Of a stretch of DNA of 64,000 nucleotides, positions 18,780-28,693 are shown piece by piece. The notes beneath the pieces were generated by a model. The model was not told the origin of the DNA, did not search any database, and saw only the letters and a program-made list of their open reading frames with translations. The stretch's first letter is position 1. Each line of letters opens with the position of its first letter. This DNA is from a bacterium. GTDB lineage: Bacteria; UBA8248; JACPRG01; G963555815. The stretch is taken from NCBI GenBank assembly GCA_965218795.1, contig OZ244653.1, positions 1,344,001-1,408,000 of the forward strand. The letters run 5' to 3'. The translations under genes and the position numbers were made by a program.

Positions 18780-21119
18780 GTGCCGGCGGAGACACCCGGG
18801 AAGGAATTTCCAAAGGCGCTCCAGATGGTTACCGATGACACGGTCGTCTCTCTAATCGGGCAATCGCCTACAAGAGCCGATGCCGTTGAGAAGGCCGCCG
18901 GTGTGACCCGGTTCAGCGATGACGTGTCGCTGCCGGGTATGCTTTGGGGCCGCGTCCTCAGAAGTCCGATGGCCAACGCCCGCATCCGCAAACTGGACGT
19001 TCGCGCGGCGGCCGGCCTGCCCGGCGTCCGCGCTGTCATCACCGCGAGCGACATCCCCGGTGTCAATCTGCGCGGCAACCTCCTCGGGGGTCGCGACGAC
19101 CAGCCCGTTCTTGCCGAGGATTGTGTTCGGGCGGTCGGGGACCCGGTAGCCCTCGTCGCCGCGGAGTCGATGGAGGCCGCCGAAGAAGCCCTCTCGCGCA
19201 TCGACGTTGAATACGAACCCCTTCCCTTGATGGTGGACCCGCTGGAGGCGGCGCAGGCGGATGCTCCCCTCGTCGATGAGCGCGGCAACCTGCTGGCGCA
19301 TTACGGGTTCCGGCGCGGGGACGTTGAGGCGGGCTTCGCCGAGGCCGCAGCTATCGTTGAAGAAACCTACCGTACCCAGTGCGTAGAGCATGCTTATCTG
19401 GAGGCGGAGGTCGGGACGGCATGGCTCGACCCGGGAGACGTCGTGCACATCCGCTGCGGGACCCAGATGATCGAAAACTTCCGATTCGTCGCACGGACAC
19501 TGGGCGTACCGCACAGCAAGGTGCGTATTGAATGCCCGGAGCTGGGCGGAGGGTTCGGCGGGAAGATCATGATCACCATCGAGCCCTTTCTGGGCCTCCT
19601 GGTGCAGGCCACCGGCCGGCCGGTGCGCATGTGCCTCACGCGGGAGGAGTCCATCCTGTCCTCCACGAAGCGCCACCCGTATGTCCTGCGATACAAGGCG
19701 GGCGCGGGAGAGGACGGGCGGCTGACCGCCCTCGTCGCGGATATCGTCGGGGATGCCGGCGCGTATGCGGACGTGAGCGGAATTATCTGCAAATACTCGA
19801 TGGTCCAGGCCTCGGGGCCCTATCGCTGTCCCAACGTTCAGGTGGACATGCGGATGGTCCTGACCCACAACCCGACGGCCACCGCCATGCGCGGCGTGGG
19901 ATCGCCCCAGATTACGCTCGCCCTGGAAGGTCTCATGGACAACCTGTCCGAACGGCTGGCAATGGACCCCTTCGAGTTCCGCAGGCGGAACTACGTCTCC
20001 AAGGGTGATGCGCTCGCGACGGGACAGCCCCTCAAGTACGACGTCCGCCTGCCCGAAACCTATGAGCGGGCGAGTCAGGCGCTGGAGAGAGCCGTTTTCG
20101 GTAACGGTCAATCATTGGAAGAAAATCGAGAGCCCAACCGGCGGCTTCGGGCCAGAGGCATGGCTTCGAATATGACCGGCTACGGGCGACATGGGACTTT
20201 GGCGGAAGCGTATGTTGCGGTGCAGCTGGACGGGAGCGCCGTTGTCGCGGCGGGCGCGCCCGATCTGGGCGCCGGGCAGGGAGCGGCCTACCGGCAGGTT
20301 GCCGCCTCCCTGCTGGGTCTTCCGGTGGACAAGGTCACCGTCCTCCTGTCCGACTCCCATACCACCCCTCTGGTGGGGATGACGGCGGGCAGCCGGCAGT
20401 TTCTCAATACCGGCAGCGCCATCACATGCGCCGCCGAGCCCATCGTGCGCGGTCTGAAGGAGGCGGCGGCCGATCTCCTGGAAGCCCCGGCCGGCGACAT
20501 CATTCTGGCTGAAGGAACGGCATCCGTTCGAGGGGCGCCGGAGCGAAATGCAGCCCACCCGGAGCTGATCGCCGCGTGCACAGCCGCCGGGACTTCTCTC
20601 ACGAATCTGGGGACCTTCAAAATCGAGCCTGAACCCTATCCGGGCTCGGACACGGCCCATGAGGCCGGGTGGGTGGACTACACGTTCGGCGGGGCTGCGG
20701 CGGACGTCTCCGTCGACACCGAAACCGGTGAGGTCACCCTCCACGGCCTCGGCGTGTCGCACGACGTCGGAACGGCCGTGAACCCTCAGTCCGTGACGGG
20801 TCAGTTCGAGGGAGGCGCCTCCTATGGCATGGGACTGGCGCTCTTTGAAGATTGCTGCGTGAAGCAAGGAAAGGCCGGGGCCCACGATTTCGCGGATTAC
20901 ATCCTCTCCACACCGATGGATGCCCCGGAAATCGGTACGGGTGTGATCGAGTCCGGCGAGGGGGCGGGACCCTTCGGCGCACGGGGCATCGGTGAAGCGG
21001 CCAACAACACCTCCGCCGCGGCCATTGCCAACGCCGTCTCCCGGGCCATCGGAGTTCGCGTCACCACGCTCCCGATCACGCCCGAGAAGGTCCTCTTCGC
21101 CTTGCGCGAGGGAATTTAG
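18780..21119 (+). CDS. Xanthine dehydrogenase/aldehyde oxidoreductase family molybdopterin-binding subunit (XDH1)
   Basis: GGGFGGK, AMRGVGSPQ, AGSRQ, QFEGG, GARGIGE, LPITPEKVL; real start may be slightly downstream. Confidence 0.95.
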   Translation: MPAETPGKEFPKALQMVTDDTVVSLIGQSPTRADAVEKAAGVTRFSDDVSLPGMLWGRVLRSPMANARIRKLDVRAAAGLPGVRAVITASDIPGVNLRGNLLGGRDDQPVLAEDCVRAVGDPVALVAAESMEAAEEALSRIDVEYEPLPLMVDPLEAAQADAPLVDERGNLLAHYGFRRGDVEAGFAEAAAIVEETYRTQCVEHAYLEAEVGTAWLDPGDVVHIRCGTQMIENFRFVARTLGVPHSKVRIECPELGGGFGGKIMITIEPFLGLLVQATGRPVRMCLTREESILSSTKRHPYVLRYKAGAGEDGRLTALVADIVGDAGAYADVSGIICKYSMVQASGPYRCPNVQVDMRMVLTHNPTATAMRGVGSPQITLALEGLMDNLSERLAMDPFEFRRRNYVSKGDALATGQPLKYDVRLPETYERASQALERAVFGNGQSLEENREPNRRLRARGMASNMTGYGRHGTLAEAYVAVQLDGSAVVAAGAPDLGAGQGAAYRQVAASLLGLPVDKVTVLLSDSHTTPLVGMTAGSRQFLNTGSAITCAAEPIVRGLKEAAADLLEAPAGDIILAEGTASVRGAPERNAAHPELIAACTAAGTSLTNLGTFKIEPEPYPGSDTAHEAGWVDYTFGGAAADVSVDTETGEVTLHGLGVSHDVGTAVNPQSVTGQFEGGASYGMGLALFEDCCVKQGKAGAHDFADYILSTPMDAPEIGTGVIESGEGAGPFGARGIGEAANNTSAAAIANAVSRAIGVRVTTLPITPEKVLFALREGI

Positions 21120-21136
21120 CCTTCGTAGCTTCCTTA

Positions 21137-21161
21137 GTAGGGCGGGGCTCCGTACCCGCCC
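21137..21161 (+). repeat. GTAG-type REP-like hairpin
   Basis: GTAG-GGCGGG-gctccgta-CCCGCC directly after the XDH1 repeat. Confidence 0.55.
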
Positions 21162-21282
21162 AAAGGCCAGGGCCGCGCCGCGGGATGCCCCCCGAACAGG
21201 ATCATCACGCGGAGAAGTGGATAACAACGGGAAATGTAGCCCCCCCTTGCTTATCGGATCCTGATAGGCGAAAACTGAAAAC

Positions 21283-24200
21283 ATGAGCGGAACGGACACG
21301 AAACTGACGGCCGCGGTGGAGACCTACTTCACCGATCTCGGACGGGTGCGCGCGTCGGGCGGCGCGACCGGGGAGCGGTCGAGCTACGGGCCGCTCGCCA
21401 ACCTGCTCAACGCCGTGGGCGCGACGCTCAAGCCAAAAGTGTTCTGCGTGGGCGAGTTGGTCGATCAGGGCGCGGGCCACCCCGACTTCGGCCTCTATGC
21501 GGCGAAGCAGGTGCAGAAGGGCCGGCCCCGGGAAGGCCAGATCCCCGAACGCGGCGTCGTCGAGGTGAAGTCCGCGGATGACGACGCCTGGCTCACGGCA
21601 ACGGGCGATCAGGTGAGCAAGTATTGGAACCGCTACCACCTCGTGCTGGTCACCAACACGCGCGACTTCGTTCTGGTGGGCGAGGACGCGGCGGGCCGCC
21701 CTTCGAGGCTGGAGACCTTCCGGCTGGCGGACAGCACGGACGACTTCTGGCGCAAGCTGGAGAAGCCGCGCGTCTTCACCCGCGAAGTCGGCGCAGGTTT
21801 GGGCGAGTATCTTTGCCGGGCCCTCTCACACCGGGCCGCGCTCGCCGAACCCAAGGACCTGGCCTGGCTCCTCGCTTCCTACGCGAGAGACGCCCTCTTT
21901 CGTGTCGAGGCCGCAGGCGATGCGCCGTCGCTCGAGACGGTGCGCTCTTCCCTTGAGGAAGCCCTGGGCGTCCGCTTCGAGGGCGAGCGTGGCGCGGCCT
22001 TCTTCCGTTCGACCCTGGTGCAGACCCTTTTCTACGGCGTGTTCTCCGCCTGGGTGCTCTGGGCGCGGCAATTGCTGCCGCCTAAAGGCGATTTCAACTG
22101 GCATGAAGCGGTCTGGCACCTGCGCGCGCCGGTCCTGCGGGCGCTGTTCCAGCAACTGTCCGATCCCGGCCGCTTGCAACCGCTGGGCCTCGTCGAAGTC
22201 CTGGACTGGACTTCTGCCGCGCTCGACCGCGTGGACCGGGCCGCCTTCTTCGCCCGTTTCAACGAGGGGGAGGCGGTGCCCTATTTCTACGAGCCGTTCC
22301 TGGAAGCCTTCGACCCCGAGCTCCGCAAGCAGCTCGGCGTCTGGTACACCCCAACGGAAGTGGTGCGCTACATGGTCGCCCGCGTGGACAAGGCGCTGAA
22401 GGACGACCTCGACATACCGGACGGGCTCGCCGCGGAGAACGTCTACGTCCTCGATCCCTGCTGCGGCACCGGGGCCTATCTCGCAGAAGTCCTGCGCCGA
22501 ATCGCCGCCAATCTGCAAGGCCGGGGCATGGGCGCGCTCGCCGGCGCGCGGGTGAAGCAGGCGGCCTTGAAGCGCGTGTTCGGCTTCGAGATCATGCCCG
22601 CGCCGTTCGTCGTGGCCCACTTGCAGGTCGGCTTGACCATGCAGGACCTCGACGCCCGGCTGGCCGAGGATGAACGCCCCGGCGTCTTCCTCACCAACGC
22701 GCTCACCGGCTGGGAGCCGCGAACGACCAAGCCCTTGCCCTTCCCCGAGTTGGAGGAAGAACGCGACCGGGCGGAGCAAGTGAAGCAGGAGACGCCCATC
22801 CTCGTGATCCTCGGCAACCCGCCCTACAACAGTTTCGCCGGCATGGCGGTGGGCGAGGAGCGGGAGCTTTCGGAAGCCTACCGGACGACAAGACGGGTAC
22901 GCCGTCCCGAAGGCCAGGGGCTGAACGATCTCTACGTCCGTTTCTTCCGCATGGCGGAGCGGCGCATTGCGGAGAAGACGGGCCGAGGCGTGGTCTGCTT
23001 CATCTCCAACTACTCCTGGCTCGACGGCCTGTCCTTCACCGGGATGCGGGAGCGGTATCTTGAGGCGTTCGACGCGGTGCGGATCGACAATCTGCACGGC
23101 GACCGTATCGTCTCGGAATACGCGCCCGACGGGCGGACCAGCGAAACGGTCTTCGCGCTTCGGGGACAATCGCCGGGTATCAAGGTCGGTACAAGCATCG
23201 CCCTATTTTCGAGATCCGGGACCGTCGCGGATATATCGACGGGCGGGCGCATCCTGTACCGCGATTTCCATCAGGCAAGAGCCGATGAAAGACGGCAAGC
23301 GCTGTTGGACAGTCTCGACGCTCCCGCAATCGATGCGGGCTACTCGGCATTGGAGCCCAATCTTCGCCTCGGCTTGCCGTTCAAGCCAACCGCGGTGAGC
23401 GAGGGCTGGTTCGACTGGCCGGCCCTGCCTGAGTTGTTCCCGGTGTCGTTTCCCGGAGTTCAGACCAGCCGCGACGGGTTCCTCGTGGATGTCGATCTCG
23501 ACCGGCTGCGAAAGCGTGTAAGCGACTACTTTGACGCTGGCCTGAGCCATGAGGAAATCGCGAGACGCTATCCGGCGGTAATGAAGGCGACGGCGCGGTT
23601 CGACGCCCGAACGGTGCGGGACGTGCTGCTGAAACGCGGTGGACCGGATGAATCCGGCTTCGTCCGCTTCGCTTACCGGCCATTCGATTGCCGTTGGCTC
23701 TATTGGGAGCAGGACACGAAACTTCTCGATGAGAAGCGCGCCGACTACAGGCCCCATGTGTTCGAGGGGAATATGTGGCTGTCCGCCGCGCAGCACCTGC
23801 GGAAGGGCGCGGGAGAACCGCAATCGTGTTTCACGCAGCATATCGGTGCGCGGCATCTGATCGAGCGCGGCGCCAATTGGTTCCCCGCTTGGCTTCGCGC
23901 AGACGCCCTGGACGCGCCGGACTCCGGCCGTCGCCCGAATCTTTCGGAAGCCGCGCAACGCTGGCTCAACCGTTTGGGGCTCAACGTGGAAGACCTGTTC
24001 CATCACGTCCTTGCCGTGCTCCACGATCCCGCCTACCGAGAGGCCAACGCCAGCGCGCTCCGCATGGAATGGCCGCGCATCCCCCTTCCCGGCTGGCCCG
24101 ACGGCGAGGCCGACGGCGGGGCCGGCGACGCGCTTGGGACGGAAGGACCGCTCCCCCGCTTCCGGGCTCTCTCTCCCTCTGGAGGGAGGGAAAATGAGAA

Positions 24201-24816
24201 CCCCTCTCCCGATGGGAGAGGGGAAGGGGTGAGGGCTCGTGAGGAGCGGCATAGGGAGCGCCAGCCCCTCCCGGAGAGAGGGGCTGCTGCGTCTGACAGC
24301 GCGGCGGAAGCGCTCTCCCGATCGGCGGCGCGGGGACGCGAGCTCGCCCGGCTGCTCGACCCCGACACGCCCGTTCCGGGCGTCACGGCAGCCCCATTGC
24401 GGCCTGAGATCGCCGCTGTCGCCGTACCCGCCACGACGGAGGGGCGCAACATGAGGGATGACGACTTCGCCCTCACCGCCGGATGGGGTCATTACGGAAC
24501 AGGCGATGCCGTGATGCCCGGCCAGGGCCGGGTTGTCGAGCGGGCCTATACGCCGGACGAACGCGCCGCCCTGGGCGAAGCCTTGCCCGCTCTCGGCAAG
24601 ACCACCTTCGACATCCACCTGAACGCCCGCGCCTTCTGGCGCAACGTCCCCGCCGCGGTCTGGGGCTACAGGCTCGGCGGCTACCAGGTCCTCAAGAAAT
24701 GGCTCTCCTACCGGGAGCGCGGCATCCTCGACCGGCCCCTCGCGCCCGAGGAAGTCCAGCACTTCACGGACACGGCGAGGCGGATTGGGGCGATCCTGTT
24801 GAGGACCGTTCGATGA
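21283..24816 (+). CDS. Type ISP/IIG-like restriction-modification fusion (nuclease + N6-adenine MTase + LlaBIII-like specificity domain)
   Basis: PD-(D/E)xK-like GHPDFGL..VVEVK; GVWYTP; motif I VLDPCCGTG; motif IV GNPPY; FAYRPFD; C-terminal GGYQVLKKWLSYR. Confidence 0.9.
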   Translation: MSGTDTKLTAAVETYFTDLGRVRASGGATGERSSYGPLANLLNAVGATLKPKVFCVGELVDQGAGHPDFGLYAAKQVQKGRPREGQIPERGVVEVKSADDDAWLTATGDQVSKYWNRYHLVLVTNTRDFVLVGEDAAGRPSRLETFRLADSTDDFWRKLEKPRVFTREVGAGLGEYLCRALSHRAALAEPKDLAWLLASYARDALFRVEAAGDAPSLETVRSSLEEALGVRFEGERGAAFFRSTLVQTLFYGVFSAWVLWARQLLPPKGDFNWHEAVWHLRAPVLRALFQQLSDPGRLQPLGLVEVLDWTSAALDRVDRAAFFARFNEGEAVPYFYEPFLEAFDPELRKQLGVWYTPTEVVRYMVARVDKALKDDLDIPDGLAAENVYVLDPCCGTGAYLAEVLRRIAANLQGRGMGALAGARVKQAALKRVFGFEIMPAPFVVAHLQVGLTMQDLDARLAEDERPGVFLTNALTGWEPRTTKPLPFPELEEERDRAEQVKQETPILVILGNPPYNSFAGMAVGEERELSEAYRTTRRVRRPEGQGLNDLYVRFFRMAERRIAEKTGRGVVCFISNYSWLDGLSFTGMRERYLEAFDAVRIDNLHGDRIVSEYAPDGRTSETVFALRGQSPGIKVGTSIALFSRSGTVADISTGGRILYRDFHQARADERRQALLDSLDAPAIDAGYSALEPNLRLGLPFKPTAVSEGWFDWPALPELFPVSFPGVQTSRDGFLVDVDLDRLRKRVSDYFDAGLSHEEIARRYPAVMKATARFDARTVRDVLLKRGGPDESGFVRFAYRPFDCRWLYWEQDTKLLDEKRADYRPHVFEGNMWLSAAQHLRKGAGEPQSCFTQHIGARHLIERGANWFPAWLRADALDAPDSGRRPNLSEAAQRWLNRLGLNVEDLFHHVLAVLHDPAYREANASALRMEWPRIPLPGWPDGEADGGAGDALGTEGPLPRFRALSPSGGRENENPSPDGRGEGVRAREERHRERQPLPERGAAASDSAAEALSRSAARGRELARLLDPDTPVPGVTAAPLRPEIAAVAVPATTEGRNMRDDDFALTAGWGHYGTGDAVMPGQGRVVERAYTPDERAALGEALPALGKTTFDIHLNARAFWRNVPAAVWGYRLGGYQVLKKWLSYRERGILDRPLAPEEVQHFTDTARRIGAILLRTVR
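24151..24284. repeat. CCCTCTCCC/GGGAGAGGG palindromic repeat units inserted in frame in the RM gene
   Basis: CCCCTCTCCCgatGGGAGAGGGG-aaggggtgaggg at 24201-24235 plus two degenerate units; related unit at 52726-52763. Confidence 0.75.
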
Positions 24817-25806
24817 AATTCAAGGATTGGTTGCGCCTGCCGCTGCTCATCCGCCGCGTGACCGGTCGGGATGCGTTCCGGTGGATGACCGGGATAGCGA
24901 TCGTACTGGCGACCGGCATCTTTTTCTCCTGGCGTTATTGGGGAGAGTTGCACGGGGATCAGGAATCGCTCAGCACGACTGTCCGCAATGTGGGCGTCGT
25001 GATCGGTGGCGTCATTGCAATACTGCTCGCTGTCTGGCGCGGCACGGTGGCGGACCGTCAGGCGAAGGCGGGGCAGCGGCAGTCCGAAACAGCGCAGCAG
25101 GGCCTGTCGAACGAACGCTACCAGAAGGGCGCGGAGATGATCGGCAGCGGCGTTCTCTCGGTCCGTCTGGGCGGCGTCTACGCCCTGCAACGTCTGGCCG
25201 AGGAGCATCCCAAGCAATACCACGTCCAGATCATGCGTCTGTTCTGCGCCTTCGCGCGCCACCCAACCGAGGACAGCGAGGAAAAAACCAAACAAGTCGG
25301 ACAGCCTGACTCCGAAACAAAACCGCTGCCCCGCCCGGATATTCAGGCGATCATGGAGGCTATTAGAGACCGCAGAGAGGCAGCCGTTGCTCTTGAAAAG
25401 CAAGATGGCTTTAAGTGGAATCTTGTGTCGGTCAATTTGAGTGGATCGCACCTCGCAAACATAGACTTTAGTCTGGGCGCGGCTTTGGAAAGCGAACCTA
25501 TCCGACGCGGTCCTCATAGCGGCAGACATGTCCGGTGCGGTTCTCAATGGAGCAAACCTATCCAACGCAAACCTCGTGAGTGCAAACCTGAATCTTGCGC
25601 GCCTTGATGGAGCAAACCTATCCAGGGCGTGGATTATAGACGCTAACCTGACCGGTGCGAACCTGTCCAACGTAACCGGACTGATGCAGCAGCAACTCAA
25701 TGAAGCCCGCGCCTATCCCGATTAACCGCCCAGGTTGGACGGCGCTCTTGCCGCCGAGACTGGCAAACCGCTGGTCTGGCGCGGCAAGCCGCCCGACGAC
25801 GAATAG
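24813..25806 (+). pseudogene. Membrane-anchored pentapeptide-repeat protein, frameshifted, with in-frame stop
   Basis: ATGA overlap with RM stop; two TMs; NERYQKGAEMIGS..VRLGGVYALQRLA; A(N/D)LxG repeats after a shift near 25480; TAA at 25723-25725, then tail PPRLDGALAAETGKPLVWRG to TAG 25806. Confidence 0.8.
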
Positions 25807-25842
25807 ACGCGCGGGGCGACGCATTTTGATTGATGCGATGTT

Positions 25843-25914
25843 CGCCATCACCCCCGCGATAACCCTCTCCACACGCTCGGCCGCCTCGACGAGGTGGCCG
25901 TCGGCGTAGCGGAT
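25843..25914 (-). pseudogene. C-terminal remnant of a tyrosine integrase
   Basis: IRYADGHLVEAAERVERVIAGVMA resembles the RYAHL...EAA.RV tail of the integrases at 55456-57861. Confidence 0.55.
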
Positions 25915-26243
25915 CAAAAACAGTTGAGAATGGCCTGGAAAATCCGGGGGATTTCCGGGGCGAAACGGCCCGGGAATCGCCCCTGAGAGGGGGCGTGCAT
26001 CGACGTTGCTCGATGCCGGCGGTGGCCGATCTGCTGTATCGAACCAGGGGCGAGTTCTCGCCCATTAGGGGGGAAAGCCCGGATATCCTGACGCGGAATC
26101 CGTACTCAATCAATATGTTTCAATGGGTTCGTTTCATGTATAAAGTCTGAATCCATGCGGATTGCGTCCATCTCCGACAACCTGGCGAGAGGACTCCCCT
26201 TCTGTCGCCGCCTCGGCCGGGGTGACTCAGAGAGAACCCATTC

Positions 26244-27113
26244 TTGATCGACTCGCCTATCCCGCTCGCCCTTTGCGCGGCCGCGGCCCTGGCTTTTTCC
26301 GACTTCGCCATCCGCCCCGGCGCCCGCCACACGACCGCCTTCACCGGATCTTTCGTGCTTGCGGCTGTCCACTTCATCCTGTTCGCGCCGCTGGCCCTGT
26401 GGCGGTTTCCACAAATGGACATCTGGAACCCGGGATTCTGGTGGTACGTCGCCTCAGGCGTGATGGACCCCGGGCTCGGGCCCCTTTGTTATTTCATTGG
26501 GGTCTCCCGCGTGGGCATAGCGAGGGGGTCGAGCATCATCGCGACGTATCCGATCTTCAGCACCGCGGGGGCCATTCTGCTGGTGGGCGAACACCCAAAC
26601 CCATGGGTGTGGGTGGGGACGGTCGCCATTGTCGCAGGCGTCGCCTCGCTCGCCTATGAACGGCGCGCACAGACCGTCGATCGATCGGGCTTCGTCTTTT
26701 TGATACTCGCCGCTTTGTTTCTGGGACTGGCTCACCCCTTCCGGAAAATCGGGTTGACGTACATCCCATCGGCCATCGTGGGACTGGCCATTGCGCCGGC
26801 GGGATGCTTTGTCACTCTGTTCCTGATCGCCCCGTTGCTGCAGGCAGACGCCCGTTTCAATCTGAACCGAAAGGGGGTGGCTTACTATTCTCTGCACGCA
26901 GCGGGAAACGGACTGGCCCTCTTTCTGATCCTGACTGCCTTGCGGCTGGGACAGGTCAGCGTCGTCATACCGCTGACCCGCACGTTTCCCCTGATCGTCA
27001 TCTTTCTGGCCTGGCTCTTCCTGAGAAAAAAAGAGCCCATCACCGTTCGGCTTCTCTTTGGGGCAACCCTGATCGTACTCGGAGCGGCCGTTATCGCCGG
27101 GTTGGGAAAATAG
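26244..27113 (+). CDS. EamA/DMT family transporter
   Basis: Two EamA repeats; GQVSVVIPL..FLRKKEPIT. Confidence 0.88.
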   Translation: MIDSPIPLALCAAAALAFSDFAIRPGARHTTAFTGSFVLAAVHFILFAPLALWRFPQMDIWNPGFWWYVASGVMDPGLGPLCYFIGVSRVGIARGSSIIATYPIFSTAGAILLVGEHPNPWVWVGTVAIVAGVASLAYERRAQTVDRSGFVFLILAALFLGLAHPFRKIGLTYIPSAIVGLAIAPAGCFVTLFLIAPLLQADARFNLNRKGVAYYSLHAAGNGLALFLILTALRLGQVSVVIPLTRTFPLIVIFLAWLFLRKKEPITVRLLFGATLIVLGAAVIAGLGK

Positions 27114-27446
27114 AAGGCATGCCATCCAAGGTCAGTCCGCCGCTCTCATGGACTCTGCAAAGGCCGTGGGATTGCCGTGCGATGGTCGGTCGTCGCACCA
27201 GAAAGAAAGGAGAGGGAGCGTCATGGGCGGTCCAGTCGCCCGAACCTCGGGGGTTTGTCCGAATTCGACAGTTGATTGTTGACGCCATCTTGTCTTCTAT
27301 GCGAAAGTGCCTTGAATTCCATTGAGCCAATTCCAAAGGAACGGGACTGAAGCGGCGTGGTTGTTTGGATATCTCGCCTGGCTGGGGGACGGCGCCGGAA
27401 TTTCCAGCCCATGGTTCAACGAATCCAAGCCTTGGAGGAAAAAACG

Positions 27447-28487
27447 ATGACCTGGAAACACTGGCTCACCCTGGTTCTGCTCCTCACCCTCTTTGTCTCC
27501 CTTTCGGTCTCATCCTCTCAGGCCCAGATGAAAAAAAAGGTGACGTTAACCGAGGATTGGATCCTGTACGGAGCGCAGTTGCCTGAATTTCTGGCGAGGG
27601 AGAAAGGGTTTTATGCGGCCGAAGGGTTGGATGTCAATATCGTCCGGGGCTACGGTCCGGGCGACACCGTGAAGAAAGTCGCCGCAGGGGCTTCCGAGTT
27701 CGGTCGTTCGGCGGGCATCAGCGACATCCTGGGGCGGGCCGGCGGAGCCAAAATCAAGATCGTTGCCGTGCCCATGCTGACGCCTCCGTTCGGAGTGGTT
27801 TTTCTCAAGAGCAGCGGAATCCGAAACCCCAAGGATCTCGAAGGGAAAAAGCTCGGAGCGCCCGCCGCCTCTTCCGCCTTTCGCATGTTCCCGGCCTTCG
27901 CTCAAGAGACGGGAATCAACCAGTCCAAGATCACGGTTGTCAATATGGACCCCGCGGGCCTGGTCGGGAGCCTGGTGGTCAAAAGCGTGGACATATGCAT
28001 CTTTTGGCCCACCGAGATGCCCGCGTACGCCAAGGCCGCCAAACAACGGGGCGAAGAGGTGTCCTACATGCTCTATGCCGATTACGGGGTGAGGGACATG
28101 TACGGAAACACCTTTATCACCGCAGATAACATCATCGCGAAGAGCCCGAAAGTAGTCCGGGGCTTTGTCCGGGCGTCCCTGCGGGGGCTTTCGTACACCA
28201 TTGAACATCCGGACGAGGCGGTGAAGGCTTTCATGAAGCACAGCGCGGCCTCGGACCCGGCCGTCATCAAGGGAGAATGGCTCGAGACCGCAAAGCTGGC
28301 CTTTGATGACCTGTACGAAAAGAACGGGCTCGGTTTTGCAGATCCCGGAAAAATGAAGGCCTCTCTTCAGCTCGTGAGGAAATACTTCGACGCCAAAGCA
28401 ACGATCAAACCCGAGGACGTCTATACGAACGAATTCGTCCTGGCGACTCCGCGAGAGTGGCGAACCGCCAAGCGGCCGGCCAAATAA
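27447..28487 (+). CDS. ABC substrate-binding protein, NMT1/THI5-like
   Basis: Signal peptide; KGFYAAEGLDVNI; PKDLEGKKLG; EDVYTNEF; RBS GGAGG. Confidence 0.88.
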   Translation: MTWKHWLTLVLLLTLFVSLSVSSSQAQMKKKVTLTEDWILYGAQLPEFLAREKGFYAAEGLDVNIVRGYGPGDTVKKVAAGASEFGRSAGISDILGRAGGAKIKIVAVPMLTPPFGVVFLKSSGIRNPKDLEGKKLGAPAASSAFRMFPAFAQETGINQSKITVVNMDPAGLVGSLVVKSVDICIFWPTEMPAYAKAAKQRGEEVSYMLYADYGVRDMYGNTFITADNIIAKSPKVVRGFVRASLRGLSYTIEHPDEAVKAFMKHSAASDPAVIKGEWLETAKLAFDDLYEKNGLGFADPGKMKASLQLVRKYFDAKATIKPEDVYTNEFVLATPREWRTAKRPAK

Positions 28488-28693
28488 TCCGGCCGCCGGT
28501 TTTGCTGAAACTGTCAAAGGCTCCCGGAACCCGGTGCGCCGTCCGACCGGTGCGGGCGAAAGCCTGCATTGGAGTTCCCGACCGCTTCCCAGCGTCGTGA
28601 CGAATCGCGCGATGTGAAACGAATCTGAGCGACAGCGGGCCGGCCATTCGTCGGGAGAAGGCGCTGCGGCCCATGCCCCGAAGGAGGGCTATC

